A stretch of 64,000 nt of DNA from an uncultured Candidatus Saccharibacteria bacterium (GCA_964475855.1 CAYZAV010000002.1:51933-115932); one strand, 5' to 3'; positions 1-8,443 are shown, counted from the first letter of the stretch. Numbers and translations: made by a program. The notes: generated by a model not told the origin, from the letters alone.

Positions 1-1
1 T

Positions 2-2080
2 GCTTTTGGCTGCACTAATTGCAATGTTACAACTGATTGGCGTCCAGCTAGCACTCGCGATGGCGGAGGCGGGGGAAGCGGTAGCGGTACGGGAGGATCA
101 ACTAATAATAATCCGATCGCCGGCCCATTTTCTATTTCCATTAATGACGGCAATCAATACACCAATAATCGTTCGGTGGTACTTTTAATAGATGGCAGCA
201 TGAGCGCAGTTTCGATGGAACTTTCGAACACAGCGGATTTTTTAACAGCAGTCAAGGAAAATTACACAACTTCAAAAAATTGGGTTTTACCGGTAGGGGA
301 TGGCACAAAAACGGTGTATGTTCGGTTTTACGGTAGTAATGGCTTGGCTTCAAATCCGGTTGCTGACAGTATTGTACTAGATACCACAGCCCCTGATATT
401 TTGATTACTTCCCTGAAAAATTCTTATACAGAGAACGAAGAAGTAACTGTGGTTGGCACAACCGAAGCTGATGTCCAGGTAATGATGATCACTGATAACA
501 GATACGGGGTTTTTACTGCTGACCATGCCGGGAATTTCAATATTACGCTTGGTAAAAAATCCGCCGGCGCACATCACTTGGAATTTACCGCCCAAGATAC
601 TGCCGGAAATATTGGTAAAACAGTAACTGCAGATTTTTTGGTAGAAAAAACGGCCGTTGCGCCCACTCCTATTATCCCATTTTTTCCCAATATCCTGGCG
701 CCACCGCTAGCTCCGTTATTACATCAACTGCAAGAGGGTATTACTTCATTGATACCTAAGATTTTTTTGCCATTGGAAAAACCGGGGCCGACACCCGTAG
801 TGACTGTTCCCCTGCAGGCGCCATTGGCCTTTAAAACTCCTTTCCGCTATATCTCCACCCAAACGCTGGCCAAATTCGTACTGACCCCACTGCCCCAGGA
901 TATCAAGCTTTTGGCCCAAAAACTGCCGCAAATACAAAAAACGTTCAACCAAGTTGGCATTCAAAAACTGAACGACTTGGAAAAACTCAAAAACACCAAT
1001 TTAAAATTACCAACGCTTACCGAAACAGCGTTACCTGAAACAACTGTTGCCACAGGAAAGTTTGACACAATCAAGGGGATTCCGGTAGCCAGGCTTTCGG
1101 ATGTAGCCAAGGCTCGCATACCTTCTGCGGTTGTATTTGCCAAGGGCGCTGGGGGCCTGGTAGATTTTAACGTAGCTCTTTCCATAAATGATAAAGGAAA
1201 AACAGAGCAAAAAATAGAAACTATCGCCGGTCAGCCCTTGCAGTTGGTGGTGCGCGCTGACAAACCGGTAAAAAGCATAAAAGGCTATATTATTTTCAAA
1301 TCACGAAAATCGACTGCCCCGGTAACCGCTGTACCGCTCAATAATTTAACTGCTTCGCTACTGTTTACTAATCCAAATATGGCCCAAGATGTTTTAGCGC
1401 ATAGCCAAGTTCCGGTGGAAGGCTCAAAAGTGGCATTTGACACATTGGCCATGGCTGATACTAAAAAAGATATTGAACGGCGTCTAGTGCTTAGCACGTT
1501 TGAGTATGTAGACAATGGCAATGGACTTTATACTGCCACGGTTGACACGCCGGTAGTTGATGGCGAATATGAAATTATCACAGTTATGGATTATGAGGGT
1601 GAAGTAGTAGAGCAAAAAGAAATCAGGCTATTGACTGTGGTTGACCCGGAAGGCTATGTGTACGAAAAAAACGGGGACAAGGAAACCCGTATCGCCGGAG
1701 CTATTGTTTCACTATATTGGCTTAATTCTGATACTAAGCAGTATGAGCTTTGGCCAGCCCGGGATTATCAGCAGGAAAATTCCCAAACTACCGATGTGCG
1801 GGGAACATATTCATTTTTGGTACCCAACGGATATTTTTATTTAAAGGTCGATGCGCCCGGATATGTGAGTTACGACGGCAAGCCGTTTGAGGTAAAAGAG
1901 GGAAGTGGTGTGCACATCAATATTGAAATGAAAACCAAATATTGGTGGCTCAGCCTGCTTGATTGGAAAACAGTGTTGCTGGTAGTGATTGTCATCATGT
2001 TACTTTATAATTTTTATCGGGATAGGATGCGGGAAAAAAATGTACCCGTTTCACAAAAAAAATCAAACCATGGAATTTAA
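2..2080 (+). CDS. Large cell-surface protein, 5'-truncated by the window edge (Ig-like segments, CarboxypepD_reg-like beta-sandwich, C-terminal TM anchor)
   Basis: Frame 2 is open from nt 2; my translation AFGCTNCN...GGGGGSGSGTGG...SVVLLIDGSM runs into tracked ORF 176..2080. Ig-like TTAPDILITS / DTAGNIGKTV segments. C-terminal hydrophobic stretch LLVVIVIMLLY followed by a basic tail. Confidence 0.6.
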   Translation, partial: AFGCTNCNVTTDWRPASTRDGGGGGSGSGTGGSTNNNPIAGPFSISINDGNQYTNNRSVVLLIDGSMSAVSMELSNTADFLTAVKENYTTSKNWVLPVGDGTKTVYVRFYGSNGLASNPVADSIVLDTTAPDILITSLKNSYTENEEVTVVGTTEADVQVMMITDNRYGVFTADHAGNFNITLGKKSAGAHHLEFTAQDTAGNIGKTVTADFLVEKTAVAPTPIIPFFPNILAPPLAPLLHQLQEGITSLIPKIFLPLEKPGPTPVVTVPLQAPLAFKTPFRYISTQTLAKFVLTPLPQDIKLLAQKLPQIQKTFNQVGIQKLNDLEKLKNTNLKLPTLTETALPETTVATGKFDTIKGIPVARLSDVAKARIPSAVVFAKGAGGLVDFNVALSINDKGKTEQKIETIAGQPLQLVVRADKPVKSIKGYIIFKSRKSTAPVTAVPLNNLTASLLFTNPNMAQDVLAHSQVPVEGSKVAFDTLAMADTKKDIERRLVLSTFEYVDNGNGLYTATVDTPVVDGEYEIITVMDYEGEVVEQKEIRLLTVVDPEGYVYEKNGDKETRIAGAIVSLYWLNSDTKQYELWPARDYQQENSQTTDVRGTYSFLVPNGYFYLKVDAPGYVSYDGKPFEVKEGSGVHINIEMKTKYWWLSLLDWKTVLLVVIVIMLLYNFYRDRMREKNVPVSQKKSNHGI

Positions 2081-2456
2081 TAATAACCTCTTCATAGCCA
2101 ATAAAAAAACCCGCTGGCTTGCGTTGGCCGTGCTGGTTTTAGCATTTGCTGCACTCTTTTTCGGGGTAAAATATGTGGTTCTCGCCAGGGAAAACCAAAA
2201 GCTGCAAGAGCAAATCAATAACAATCAACAACAAAAGCAAGTGGTGGATTTTCTGGATTTGTTCGTTCAAAAAGTGCTTAAAACCGATAAAGAGGTTTCT
2301 TTTGAAGATCGCTTGAAGTTGGAAAATGCCATCAGAAACATTAATGATCCTGAATTGTTGGCCAAATGGGAAAAGTTTACCGGTGGAAATAATGAATCGG
2401 AAATCCAGCAAGGGGTAAAAGATTTACTGGAAGCATTGGTAAAGAGGATTATATAA
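2070..2456 (+). CDS. Hypothetical membrane-anchored coiled-coil protein
   Basis: ATG at 2070 (MEFNNN...) overlaps the upstream stop by 11 nt. TM segment WLALAVLVLAFAALFFGV followed by a Q/N-rich coiled region. ATG 2040 is an alternative start. Confidence 0.45.
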   Translation: MEFNNNLFIANKKTRWLALAVLVLAFAALFFGVKYVVLARENQKLQEQINNNQQQKQVVDFLDLFVQKVLKTDKEVSFEDRLKLENAIRNINDPELLAKWEKFTGGNNESEIQQGVKDLLEALVKRII

Positions 2457-2458
2457 GC

Positions 2459-2483
2459 AAAAAACGCCCTAAAGGCGTTTTTT
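2459..2483. terminator. Bidirectional intrinsic terminator between convergent genes
   Basis: aaaaACGCCctaaaGGCGTtttttt: a 5-bp GC stem flanked by an A-run and a T-run. Confidence 0.6.
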
Positions 2484-2496
2484 GCAGGGTAGAAAA

Positions 2497-2685
2497 TTAT
2501 ACTTTCGCTACCGCTTTCATGCATTTAGTGCAGGAAAGAACGCGTTTTCCGTTAGCCAACCGTGTCCACTGTAAATTCGGGTACTTGCGTACTTTTTGGG
2601 TGGGGTTGTATTTTCCCCTCAATTTTACCAGTTGCCAGGCCATGCCTGACTTTTTGCCGCAGACGGCACAAATTTTTGAAGCCAT
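2497..2685 (-). CDS. rpmB: 50S ribosomal protein L28
   Basis: 62 aa, MASKICAVCGKK...NLQWTRL..GKRV.L.CTKC. L28-like length and pattern. Confidence 0.7.
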   Translation of the reverse strand: MASKICAVCGKKSGMAWQLVKLRGKYNPTQKVRKYPNLQWTRLANGKRVLSCTKCMKAVAKV

Positions 2686-2777
2686 GAATTGCTGAGCAGA
2701 GCGAAGAAATTCACCTCGAAAATTAGGCTTAAGTAAATAGTATACCTTGAGGCCTAATTTGCGCGGGATACCTTATT
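2686..2777 (-). repeat. Dispersed ~95-bp leader-proximal element, copy 1 (abuts the rpmB start codon)
   Basis: Aligns by eye with 30973..31066 and 47575..47745. Contains stem cgaaaattaggc/gcctaatttgcg and the ggataccttatt box. Confidence 0.7.
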
Positions 2778-2848
2778 CGCTGATATTTGATACTATCAAT
2801 ATACTATCCTATCTTTCAATATTTTACAATACCTGGTATAAATCATAT

Positions 2849-3472
2849 ATGGATATCCTCATAACTATCTTTTCCTTAATCGTTTTGCTATTCTCGGTCA
2901 TTATCCACGAACTGGCACATGGTAGCGTGGCCTATTCACTGGGGGACCCGACAGCAAAATATGAAGGCCGCCTGACGTTTAACCCCATTAAACATCTGGA
3001 CCCGTTTGGTTCCATCATTTTGCCCCTCCTTCTATTTATAAGCGGCAGTTCAGTTTTGGTTGGCTGGGCCAAACCAGTACCCATTAACCCCTATAATTTT
3101 CGCGATCAAAAATGGGGTAGCCTAAAGGTAGCCATTGCCGGGCCAGCTTCCAATATAGTGCTAGCCTTGTTTTTTGGCCTTGCCATCCGTTTTTTGCCCG
3201 TCAGTTTTTTTGTGGCAGTTCCGGGAATACTTATCATTTTTTCTTTTATTGTGCAAATTAATTTGATGCTGGCATTTTTTAATTTAATCCCTATCCCGCC
3301 GCTGGACGGCCACTGGATTTTATTTTCTATCCTGCCTCCTGGTTTTGAGACGGCAAAAACTTTTTTACAACAGTACGGAATTTTCATCTTGATTTTCCTT
3401 ATTTTCATTGGCGCGCTGCAGGGCTTAAACACCATTGTGTTCAATCTTTTTTCACTTATTACAGGAATATAA
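2849..3472 (+). CDS. Site-2 protease family (M50) zinc metalloprotease, polytopic membrane protein
   Basis: HELAHG zinc motif in TM1 and a later PPLDGH motif. Start moved to ATG 2849 because 2747-2848 is the dispersed repeat. TGgTATAAA (2834-2842) lies 6 nt before the ATG. Confidence 0.75.
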   Translation: MDILITIFSLIVLLFSVIIHELAHGSVAYSLGDPTAKYEGRLTFNPIKHLDPFGSIILPLLLFISGSSVLVGWAKPVPINPYNFRDQKWGSLKVAIAGPASNIVLALFFGLAIRFLPVSFFVAVPGILIIFSFIVQINLMLAFFNLIPIPPLDGHWILFSILPPGFETAKTFLQQYGIFILIFLIFIGALQGLNTIVFNLFSLITGI

Positions 3473-3501
3473 TTGACATAGGAAAAAAGATTTGATAAGA
3501 T
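3473..3501 (+). promoter_or_regulatory. Sigma70-type promoter of rpsL; predicts a leaderless mRNA
   Basis: TTGACA(3473-3478)-17 nt-TAAGAT(3496-3501), then 7 nt to ATG 3509. Confidence 0.5.
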
Positions 3502-3508
3502 ACGTGCC

Positions 3509-3928
3509 ATGCCAACTATTCATCAATTAATCAAGAAACCCAGAAAGTCCGTTAAAGCCAAGAAAAAGGGTGTGGCTTTGCATTATGGGTTTAATACCTT
3601 GCAAAACCGGCCATCAATCTACCCTTCGCCATTCAAGCGGGGAGTATGTTTGAAGGTGTTTACCCAAACCCCAAGAAAACCAAACTCCGCTTTACGTAAA
3701 GTAGCCCGCGTAAAATTATCCAACGGTATGGAAGTTACCGCCTACATTCCCGGAGAAGGCCACAATTTACAAGAACACAGCGTGGTGCTTATTCGCGGAG
3801 GAAGGGTTAAGGATTTACCGGGAGTACGTTATCACATTGTCCGCGGCGTGCTTGATACGACAGGAGTGGAAAACAGGAAACAGGGAAGGAGCAGGTACGG
3901 AGCGAAAATGCCAAAAACTGATAAATAA
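3509..3928 (+). CDS. rpsL: 30S ribosomal protein S12
   Basis: [12 protein letters not shown]...[13 protein letters not shown] motifs; 139 aa. Confidence 0.97.
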   Translation: MPTIHQLIKKPRKSVKAKKKGVALHYGFNTLQNRPSIYPSPFKRGVCLKVFTQTPRKPNSALRKVARVKLSNGMEVTAYIPGEGHNLQEHSVVLIRGGRVKDLPGVRYHIVRGVLDTTGVENRKQGRSRYGAKMPKTDK

Positions 3929-3934
3929 AAACCC

Positions 3935-4405
3935 ATGCGAAGAGCTTATAAAAAACACATCATCGCCCCTGATACCGTTTACAATGATATTGCCGTTGCG
4001 CAATTCATTAACAAGGTAATGCAGCAGGGTAAAAAAACCACCGCACGAAAGATTGTGTATGGTGCTTTTGATATTATCAAAGAAAAAACCAAGCAGGAAC
4101 CTTTGGAACTATTTAAATTGGCCGTTGAAAATGCTTCTCCTCTATTAGAAGTAAAACCAAAACGTATTGGTGGCGCCACCTACCAGGTGCCTATGGAAGT
4201 CCGTCCGGAACGCAAAATGTTTTTGTCGTTAAAGTGGATTATTGATGGTGCCCGTGCCGCCAAAGGAAAAGGCATGGCCGAAAAGTTGGGCCAAGAGTTA
4301 ATCAACGTTTCCAAAAACGAAGGCGCAGCTATGAAAAGAAAAGCTGATATGCACCGTATGGCCGAAGCAAACAAAGCGTTTGCGCATTTCGCCCGTTCAC
4401 GCTAA
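3935..4405 (+). CDS. rpsG: 30S ribosomal protein S7
   Basis: 156 aa, [21 protein letters not shown]; follows rpsL. Confidence 0.97.
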   Translation: MRRAYKKHIIAPDTVYNDIAVAQFINKVMQQGKKTTARKIVYGAFDIIKEKTKQEPLELFKLAVENASPLLEVKPKRIGGATYQVPMEVRPERKMFLSLKWIIDGARAAKGKGMAEKLGQELINVSKNEGAAMKRKADMHRMAEANKAFAHFARSR

Positions 4406-4500
4406 AAATCTTTCGCTCCGATATTTCCCCGCAAAAGTCAACGGGGTTGATAACGGGGAATTGACTTTTGGAGAAAATATCTTCGCTTCAGATTTTTTAC

Positions 4501-4531
4501 AAAAAAACGCGCCAACGGGTTGCGTTGGCGC
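4501..4531 (-). terminator. Intrinsic terminator of the antisense small gene
   Basis: GCGCCAACG(4509-4517)/CGTTGGCGC(4523-4531) stem, with an A7 run on the plus strand (T-run on the minus strand). Confidence 0.6.
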
Positions 4532-4542
4532 TTTGTGAAAGT

Positions 4543-4728
4543 TTACTTGTTTTCAATTGTTTTTTCTCTGTAGAGTTTGAACTGGTCAACAGTAAACCAT
4601 TGCTTTTTTCCGCACCAACCACATCTGCAGAATATCCAGGTTTCATGATTGGTTTCTGTGGATTGAAATGGTTTCTTGGGTGGTTGGAAATCGTGGCCAA
4701 TTTCTTTGCAAAGGGCAGAGTCAGGCAT
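4543..4728 (-). CDS. Small hypothetical protein (61 aa, Cys-containing) antisense within the rpsG-fusA spacer
   Basis: AAGGAGGtcctt precedes the ATG. TTGACA-18-TATAAT lies upstream on the minus strand and a terminator lies downstream. Confidence 0.5.
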   Translation of the reverse strand: MPDSALCKEIGHDFQPPKKPFQSTETNHETWIFCRCGWCGKKQWFTVDQFKLYREKTIENK

Positions 4729-4800
4729 AAGGACCTCCTTAAGAAGTGAAATTCAACTTATATTTTAATTATATCATAATACATAATAATTTGTCAATAT

Positions 4801-6879
4801 ATGTCCAATAGAAGCCATCCACTAGAAAAATTGCGTAACTTTGGTATTATCGCCCACATTGATGCGGGCAAGACAACGGTTTCCGAACGGTTGCTTTTTT
4901 ATACCGGAGTTTCCCATAAAATCGGGGAAGTACACGAAGGAGATACCGTCATGGACTGGATGCCCCAGGAACGTGAACGCGGTATTACTATTACCGCCGC
5001 CGCTATTACTATGCAATGGAAGGGCATTCAAATGAACCTGATTGATACCCCTGGCCACATTGATTTTACGGCCGAAGTGCAGCGTTCTCTGCGCGTATTG
5101 GACGGCGCTGTGGTGGTGTTTGACGGAGTTGCCGGTGTTGAGCCGCAATCTGAAACCGTATGGCGCCAAGCTGACAAATACGGCACGCCGCGCATGTGTT
5201 TTATTAATAAATTAGACAGGATGGGGGGAAATTTTGAAAAGTCTTTCCAATCCATTTTAACCAAACTAACCAAAAACGCCGTGGCCATGAATTTGCCTAT
5301 CGGCGAAGAAGAACATCTTTCGGCTATTATTGATTTGCTGAAAATGAAGGCCATTTATTTTGAAGGGGAAAAAGGTGAGATTGTGGTTGAAAAAGAAATT
5401 CCGGCCGATATGTTGGAAAAGGCAAAACTGTGGCGTGAAAAAATGGTTGATAGGATTGCCGGTGAAGATGATGCGTTGACCAATAAATTACTGGAAGGCA
5501 AGGAAATTACGAACGAAGAACTGATGGCCACCATGCGCAAAGCCTGTTTGGCATTTAAATTGGTGCCCGTTTTTTGCGGCAGCGCCTTGAAAAACAAGGG
5601 AACCCAGTTGGTGTTGGACGGTGTGGTGGATTATTTGCCAAGCCCGATGGACATCGGCCAGGTAAAAGGGACTGATCCAAAAACTGGCGCAGAAATTGAA
5701 CGCAAATTCAGTGATGATGAGCCATTTGCCGCCTTGGTATTTAAAGTTGCTACCGACCCGTTTGTGGGACAGTTAACTTTTTTCCGTGTGTACTCGGGAG
5801 TATTAAACAAAGGAACCTATTTGTTAAATTCGGTAACCGGTGAACAAGAGCGCATCAGCCGTATTTTGCGTATGAAGTCCAATAGTCGTGAAGAACTGGA
5901 TGTCATTTACGCCGGGGAAATCGGCGCCACGGTTGGTCTTAAAAATACTGTCACCGGTCATACGTTGTGCGATATGGCAAAGCCCGTGATTTTAGAAAAA
6001 ATCTCTTTCCCTGAACCCGTTATCGCTATGCGCGTGGAACCAAAAACCAAAGCTGACCAGGAAAAGCTGATCATGTCTATCAGAAAGCTAACCCAAGAAG
6101 ATCCGACATTCCGCATCAAAGAAGATATTGAAACAGGCGAAACTATTATTTCTGGTATGGGTGAATTGCACTTGGATATTATTGCTGATAGGCTACGCCG
6201 CGAGTTTAATGTTGATGCAAACTTTGGAAAACCGCAGGTTGCTTATCGTGAAACTATCACTATGGAAGCCGAAGCCGAAGAAAAATATGTCCGCCAGTCT
6301 GGTGGAAAAGGACAGTACGGCCACGTGTGGCTTCGCGTCAAACCAAAGGAACGCGGGGCAGGGTTTGAATTTATTGATGAAATTAAGGGGGGTTCGGTGC
6401 CAAAAGAATTTATCAAGCCGACAGAAAAAGGGGTTATTGAAGCTATGGACAAAGGAGTGGTGGCCGGATACCCATTGGTTGATATTGAAGTTACCTTGTT
6501 TGACGGAAGTTATCACGACGTGGATTCTTCTGAATTTGCCTTTAAAATTGCCGGCTCTATGGCGTTGCAACACGCCGCCAAAGCAGCCAAGCCCGTTATT
6601 TTGGAACCGATCATGAAAACCGAAGTCATTACGCCCGACGGATTCTTCGGCACAGTTATTTCTGATTTATCCAGCCGCCGCGGCAAGATTGAAGAAACCA
6701 AAGAGCGCATGGAAATGAAGGTGATTGACGCTTCTGTTCCATTGAGCGAAATGTTCGGGTACGCAACTGCGCTTCGCAGTTTAACCGAAGGCCGCGCATC
6801 TTTTACGATGCAATTTGATAGATATGAACCGGTGCCGAACAATGTAGCCCAGCAGATTATAGAAGGGAAGGTAAAATAA
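4801..6879 (+). CDS. fusA: Elongation factor G
   Basis: AHIDAGKTT, DTPGH, NKLD GTPase motifs; 692 aa. Confidence 0.98.
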   Translation: MSNRSHPLEKLRNFGIIAHIDAGKTTVSERLLFYTGVSHKIGEVHEGDTVMDWMPQERERGITITAAAITMQWKGIQMNLIDTPGHIDFTAEVQRSLRVLDGAVVVFDGVAGVEPQSETVWRQADKYGTPRMCFINKLDRMGGNFEKSFQSILTKLTKNAVAMNLPIGEEEHLSAIIDLLKMKAIYFEGEKGEIVVEKEIPADMLEKAKLWREKMVDRIAGEDDALTNKLLEGKEITNEELMATMRKACLAFKLVPVFCGSALKNKGTQLVLDGVVDYLPSPMDIGQVKGTDPKTGAEIERKFSDDEPFAALVFKVATDPFVGQLTFFRVYSGVLNKGTYLLNSVTGEQERISRILRMKSNSREELDVIYAGEIGATVGLKNTVTGHTLCDMAKPVILEKISFPEPVIAMRVEPKTKADQEKLIMSIRKLTQEDPTFRIKEDIETGETIISGMGELHLDIIADRLRREFNVDANFGKPQVAYRETITMEAEAEEKYVRQSGGKGQYGHVWLRVKPKERGAGFEFIDEIKGGSVPKEFIKPTEKGVIEAMDKGVVAGYPLVDIEVTLFDGSYHDVDSSEFAFKIAGSMALQHAAKAAKPVILEPIMKTEVITPDGFFGTVISDLSSRRGKIEETKERMEMKVIDASVPLSEMFGYATALRSLTEGRASFTMQFDRYEPVPNNVAQQIIEGKVK

Positions 6880-6883
6880 CTTC

Positions 6884-7060
6884 GCGCCAGCATCCGGGTA
6901 TGAATAGACGCGGTTAATTCCGCCAGCGCGGACCGGCAAAAAAAAGACTCTATCAAGAGTCTTTTTTTTGCCTATTACCGCTCACCTCTCGGCAATTTTC
7001 CCGCTTCGCGGGACCGTGCAAAATTGCCTCCGAGATGCATTCATACCCGGATGCTGTCGC
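6884..7060. repeat. 177-bp structured palindromic (MITE-like) element, copy 1
   Basis: Same length as 39341..39517, with 8 differences by my alignment. 22-nt terminal inverted repeats and an internal 17-bp A8/T8-flanked hairpin. Confidence 0.75.
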
Positions 7061-7070
7061 TATGCACCTC

Positions 7071-7094
7071 AATACGCATGTCCACGTGCGTATT
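7071..7094. repeat. ACGCA/TGCGT hairpin (family member) directly 3' of element copy 1
   Basis: aatacgcatg-tcca-cgtgcgtatt. Same position as the 39524..39547 hairpin, with a compensatory t/a vs c/g change. Confidence 0.55.
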
Positions 7095-7104
7095 AAAAAT
7101 GGTA

Positions 7105-7136
7105 ATAAAAAAGCCTCCCACTTTTTAGTAGAAGGC
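7105..7136 (-). terminator. Probable terminator of the alphaCTD-like gene
   Basis: On the minus strand: gccttc-N12-ggaggc followed by tttttt. Confidence 0.4.
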
Positions 7137-7162
7137 TATGTTACGGGTTAGCATTAAGGTGG

Positions 7163-7558
7163 CTAGATTTCATCTCTCTGGAGAGCCAATCCTAGCCGTC
7201 GAAGTTTTTCTCGCACTTCATTAAGAGAGGTCATTCCGAAGTTACGAGAGCGATCGAGGAGGTCGTCAGCTGACAACTTAATCAGGTCGCCAAGGATAGC
7301 TTCACCCTGTGGACTGCCGGTAATGGCTCGTCTGCATCCTTTGCGTGCGCGCACCGATAGGTTTAGATCGCTGATTGACATTGCCAAGACCTTTTCTTGG
7401 GTTCTTTCTACTACGGTCGGAACCTCTTCAATTGTCATGGTGAACACGATCCGTTCGCCCGGATTCAGGATGCCATCCCGCTGAACCCAGTTCATCAGCA
7501 TGGTGCGGATCGATTCTTTCTTTTCATTGATGATTCGTACACGATCCTGTTGTTGCAT
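7163..7558 (-). CDS. Orphan RNA polymerase alpha C-terminal-domain-like (HhH) protein
   Basis: C-terminal half ISDLNLSVRARKGC...LGDLIKLSADDLLDRSRNFGMTSLNEVREKLRRLGLAL matches the alphaCTD pattern (LSVRaaNcL...dLl..rNfGkkSl.Ei...L...GLsL). GAGGT SD motif. G+C-rich. Confidence 0.7.
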   Translation of the reverse strand: MQQQDRVRIINEKKESIRTMLMNWVQRDGILNPGERIVFTMTIEEVPTVVERTQEKVLAMSISDLNLSVRARKGCRRAITGSPQGEAILGDLIKLSADDLLDRSRNFGMTSLNEVREKLRRLGLALQRDEI

Positions 7559-7595
7559 GATTACCTCATGTAAAAGTGCTAAAGACTCTGTCTCA

Positions 7596-7624
7596 ATAAT
7601 ATATTATAAAAATAATATTGTCAA
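7596..7624 (-). promoter_or_regulatory. Promoter of the alphaCTD-like gene
   Basis: Minus strand TTGACA(7624-7619)-17-TATTAT(7601-7596). Confidence 0.55.
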
Positions 7625-7661
7625 GTTTTTGGTGTGTAACCGATTTTGCGTGTTGAAGTGA

Positions 7662-7784
7662 GGGCGTTGTTGCCCAAGTGCACACGCGCAGGCGCGCGTT
7701 GTCGCGCCGAGCGCAAGGCAGATTTTCAATGCATACGAATATTAGGCATTGAAAAGACTGCCGGGCACTTGGGCAGCAACGCCC
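7662..7784. repeat. G+C-rich 123-bp inverted-repeat element with three internal hairpins
   Basis: gggcgttgttgcccaagtgc (7662-7681) pairs with gcacttgggcagcaacgccc (7765-7784), 1 mismatch. Inner hairpins acgcgc/gcgcgt, gcgc/gcgc and ggcagattttcaatgc/gcattgaaaagactgcc. Confidence 0.6.
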
Positions 7785-7836
7785 GAACGCAAATAGGCTT
7801 GCGTGTTTAAACTAAAAAATATGATACAATAATCCC

Positions 7837-8169
7837 ATGGCAGAATATATTTTCATTATTATTTTAGCTGCAATATTGGTGGTACTGGTAGCTATTTTGT
7901 TTACCCTTTGGATTATGAAGGCAAAAATGGTTGTCGCGCCAACGGGGGGATCACCGCATCTTGATGTCCGAAGGCACACCAAACAGCACAATTTAGAACT
8001 GATTTTGGCCTTGTTTGCCAAATATCCAACGCTTACCAATATGATCATCCGTGAAGAACTGGGCTTTGACGACCGGGTGATTGTAAACTATATGGATGAG
8101 CTGGAAGCTATGGGTAAAGTACGACAAATAGGGGATACGGGCAAATACGTGCACTATGAATTGAGGTAG
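7837..8169 (+). CDS. Hypothetical membrane-anchored winged-helix-like protein
   Basis: N-terminal TM IFIIILAAILVVLVAILFTLWI. The C-terminal ~60 aa has a wHTH-like pattern (ELGFDDRVIVNYMDELEAMGKV). Confidence 0.5.
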   Translation: MAEYIFIIILAAILVVLVAILFTLWIMKAKMVVAPTGGSPHLDVRRHTKQHNLELILALFAKYPTLTNMIIREELGFDDRVIVNYMDELEAMGKVRQIGDTGKYVHYELR

Positions 8170-8184
8170 TTTAACACGCATGCC

Positions 8185-8208
8185 AACACGCACACGGGTG
8201 TGCGTGTT
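8185..8208. repeat. ACGCA/TGCGT hairpin family member
   Basis: aacacgcaca-cggg-tgtgcgtgtt. No T-run follows on the plus strand. Confidence 0.55.
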
Positions 8209-8232
8209 AAAAATGAAGCAAATTTGTCAAAT

Positions 8233-8260
8233 TTGACACGCTTGCTTGGATGGTTACAAT
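8233..8260 (+). promoter_or_regulatory. Promoter within a TTGTCAAATTTGACA palindrome; predicts a leaderless mRNA
   Basis: TTGACA(8233-8238)-16-TACAAT(8255-8260), then 6 nt to ATG 8267. Confidence 0.5.
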
Positions 8261-8266
8261 GGATAT

Positions 8267-8443
8267 ATGAACGTTACTAAATGCGATTTGTGCAAAAAAG
8301 AAATTAAGGAAAGCAGATATGCGGTTACCGTTCGCTTTGATTGGAAAGGTTATGAGTTTTGCAAGAACTGTCGCGTGCCCTTCGTAAAACTATTAGAGAA
8401 ACATAAACTTATTAAAAAAGAAGACAAAAAGCATGAAGAGTAA
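8267..8443 (+). CDS. Small zinc-ribbon protein (CxxC...CxxC)
   Basis: MNVTKCDLCKKE...EFCKNCRVPF. Start set at ATG 8267; the track start at 8246 is TTG. Confidence 0.5.
   Translation: MNVTKCDLCKKEIKESRYAVTVRFDWKGYEFCKNCRVPFVKLLEKHKLIKKEDKKHEE

Noticed and set aside
6-188. 60-aa ORF at the window start.
   Set aside because: It is an alternative frame within the 5'-truncated surface-protein gene, whose frame is open from nt 2.
2747-2848. N-terminal extension MRPNLRGIPYSL... of the M50 protease ORF, and the similar ORF 30767..31003(-) MRPDFRGIPYSL...
   Set aside because: Both are translations of the dispersed ~95-bp repeat. The protease has a -10 box and ATG at 2849, and the minus-strand ORF lies antisense to the rpoA 3' end.
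6128-6616. 162-aa plus-strand ORF inside fusA.
   Set aside because: It is an out-of-frame ORF within the EF-G coding sequence and has no independent support.
7646-7807. 9-bp direct repeats ttgcgtgtt (7646-7654 and 7799-7807) as a target-site duplication of the G+C-rich inverted-repeat element.
   Set aside because: They are offset 7 and 14 nt from the inverted-repeat ends. The motif belongs to the ACGCA/TGCGT hairpin family, so a TSD cannot be claimed.
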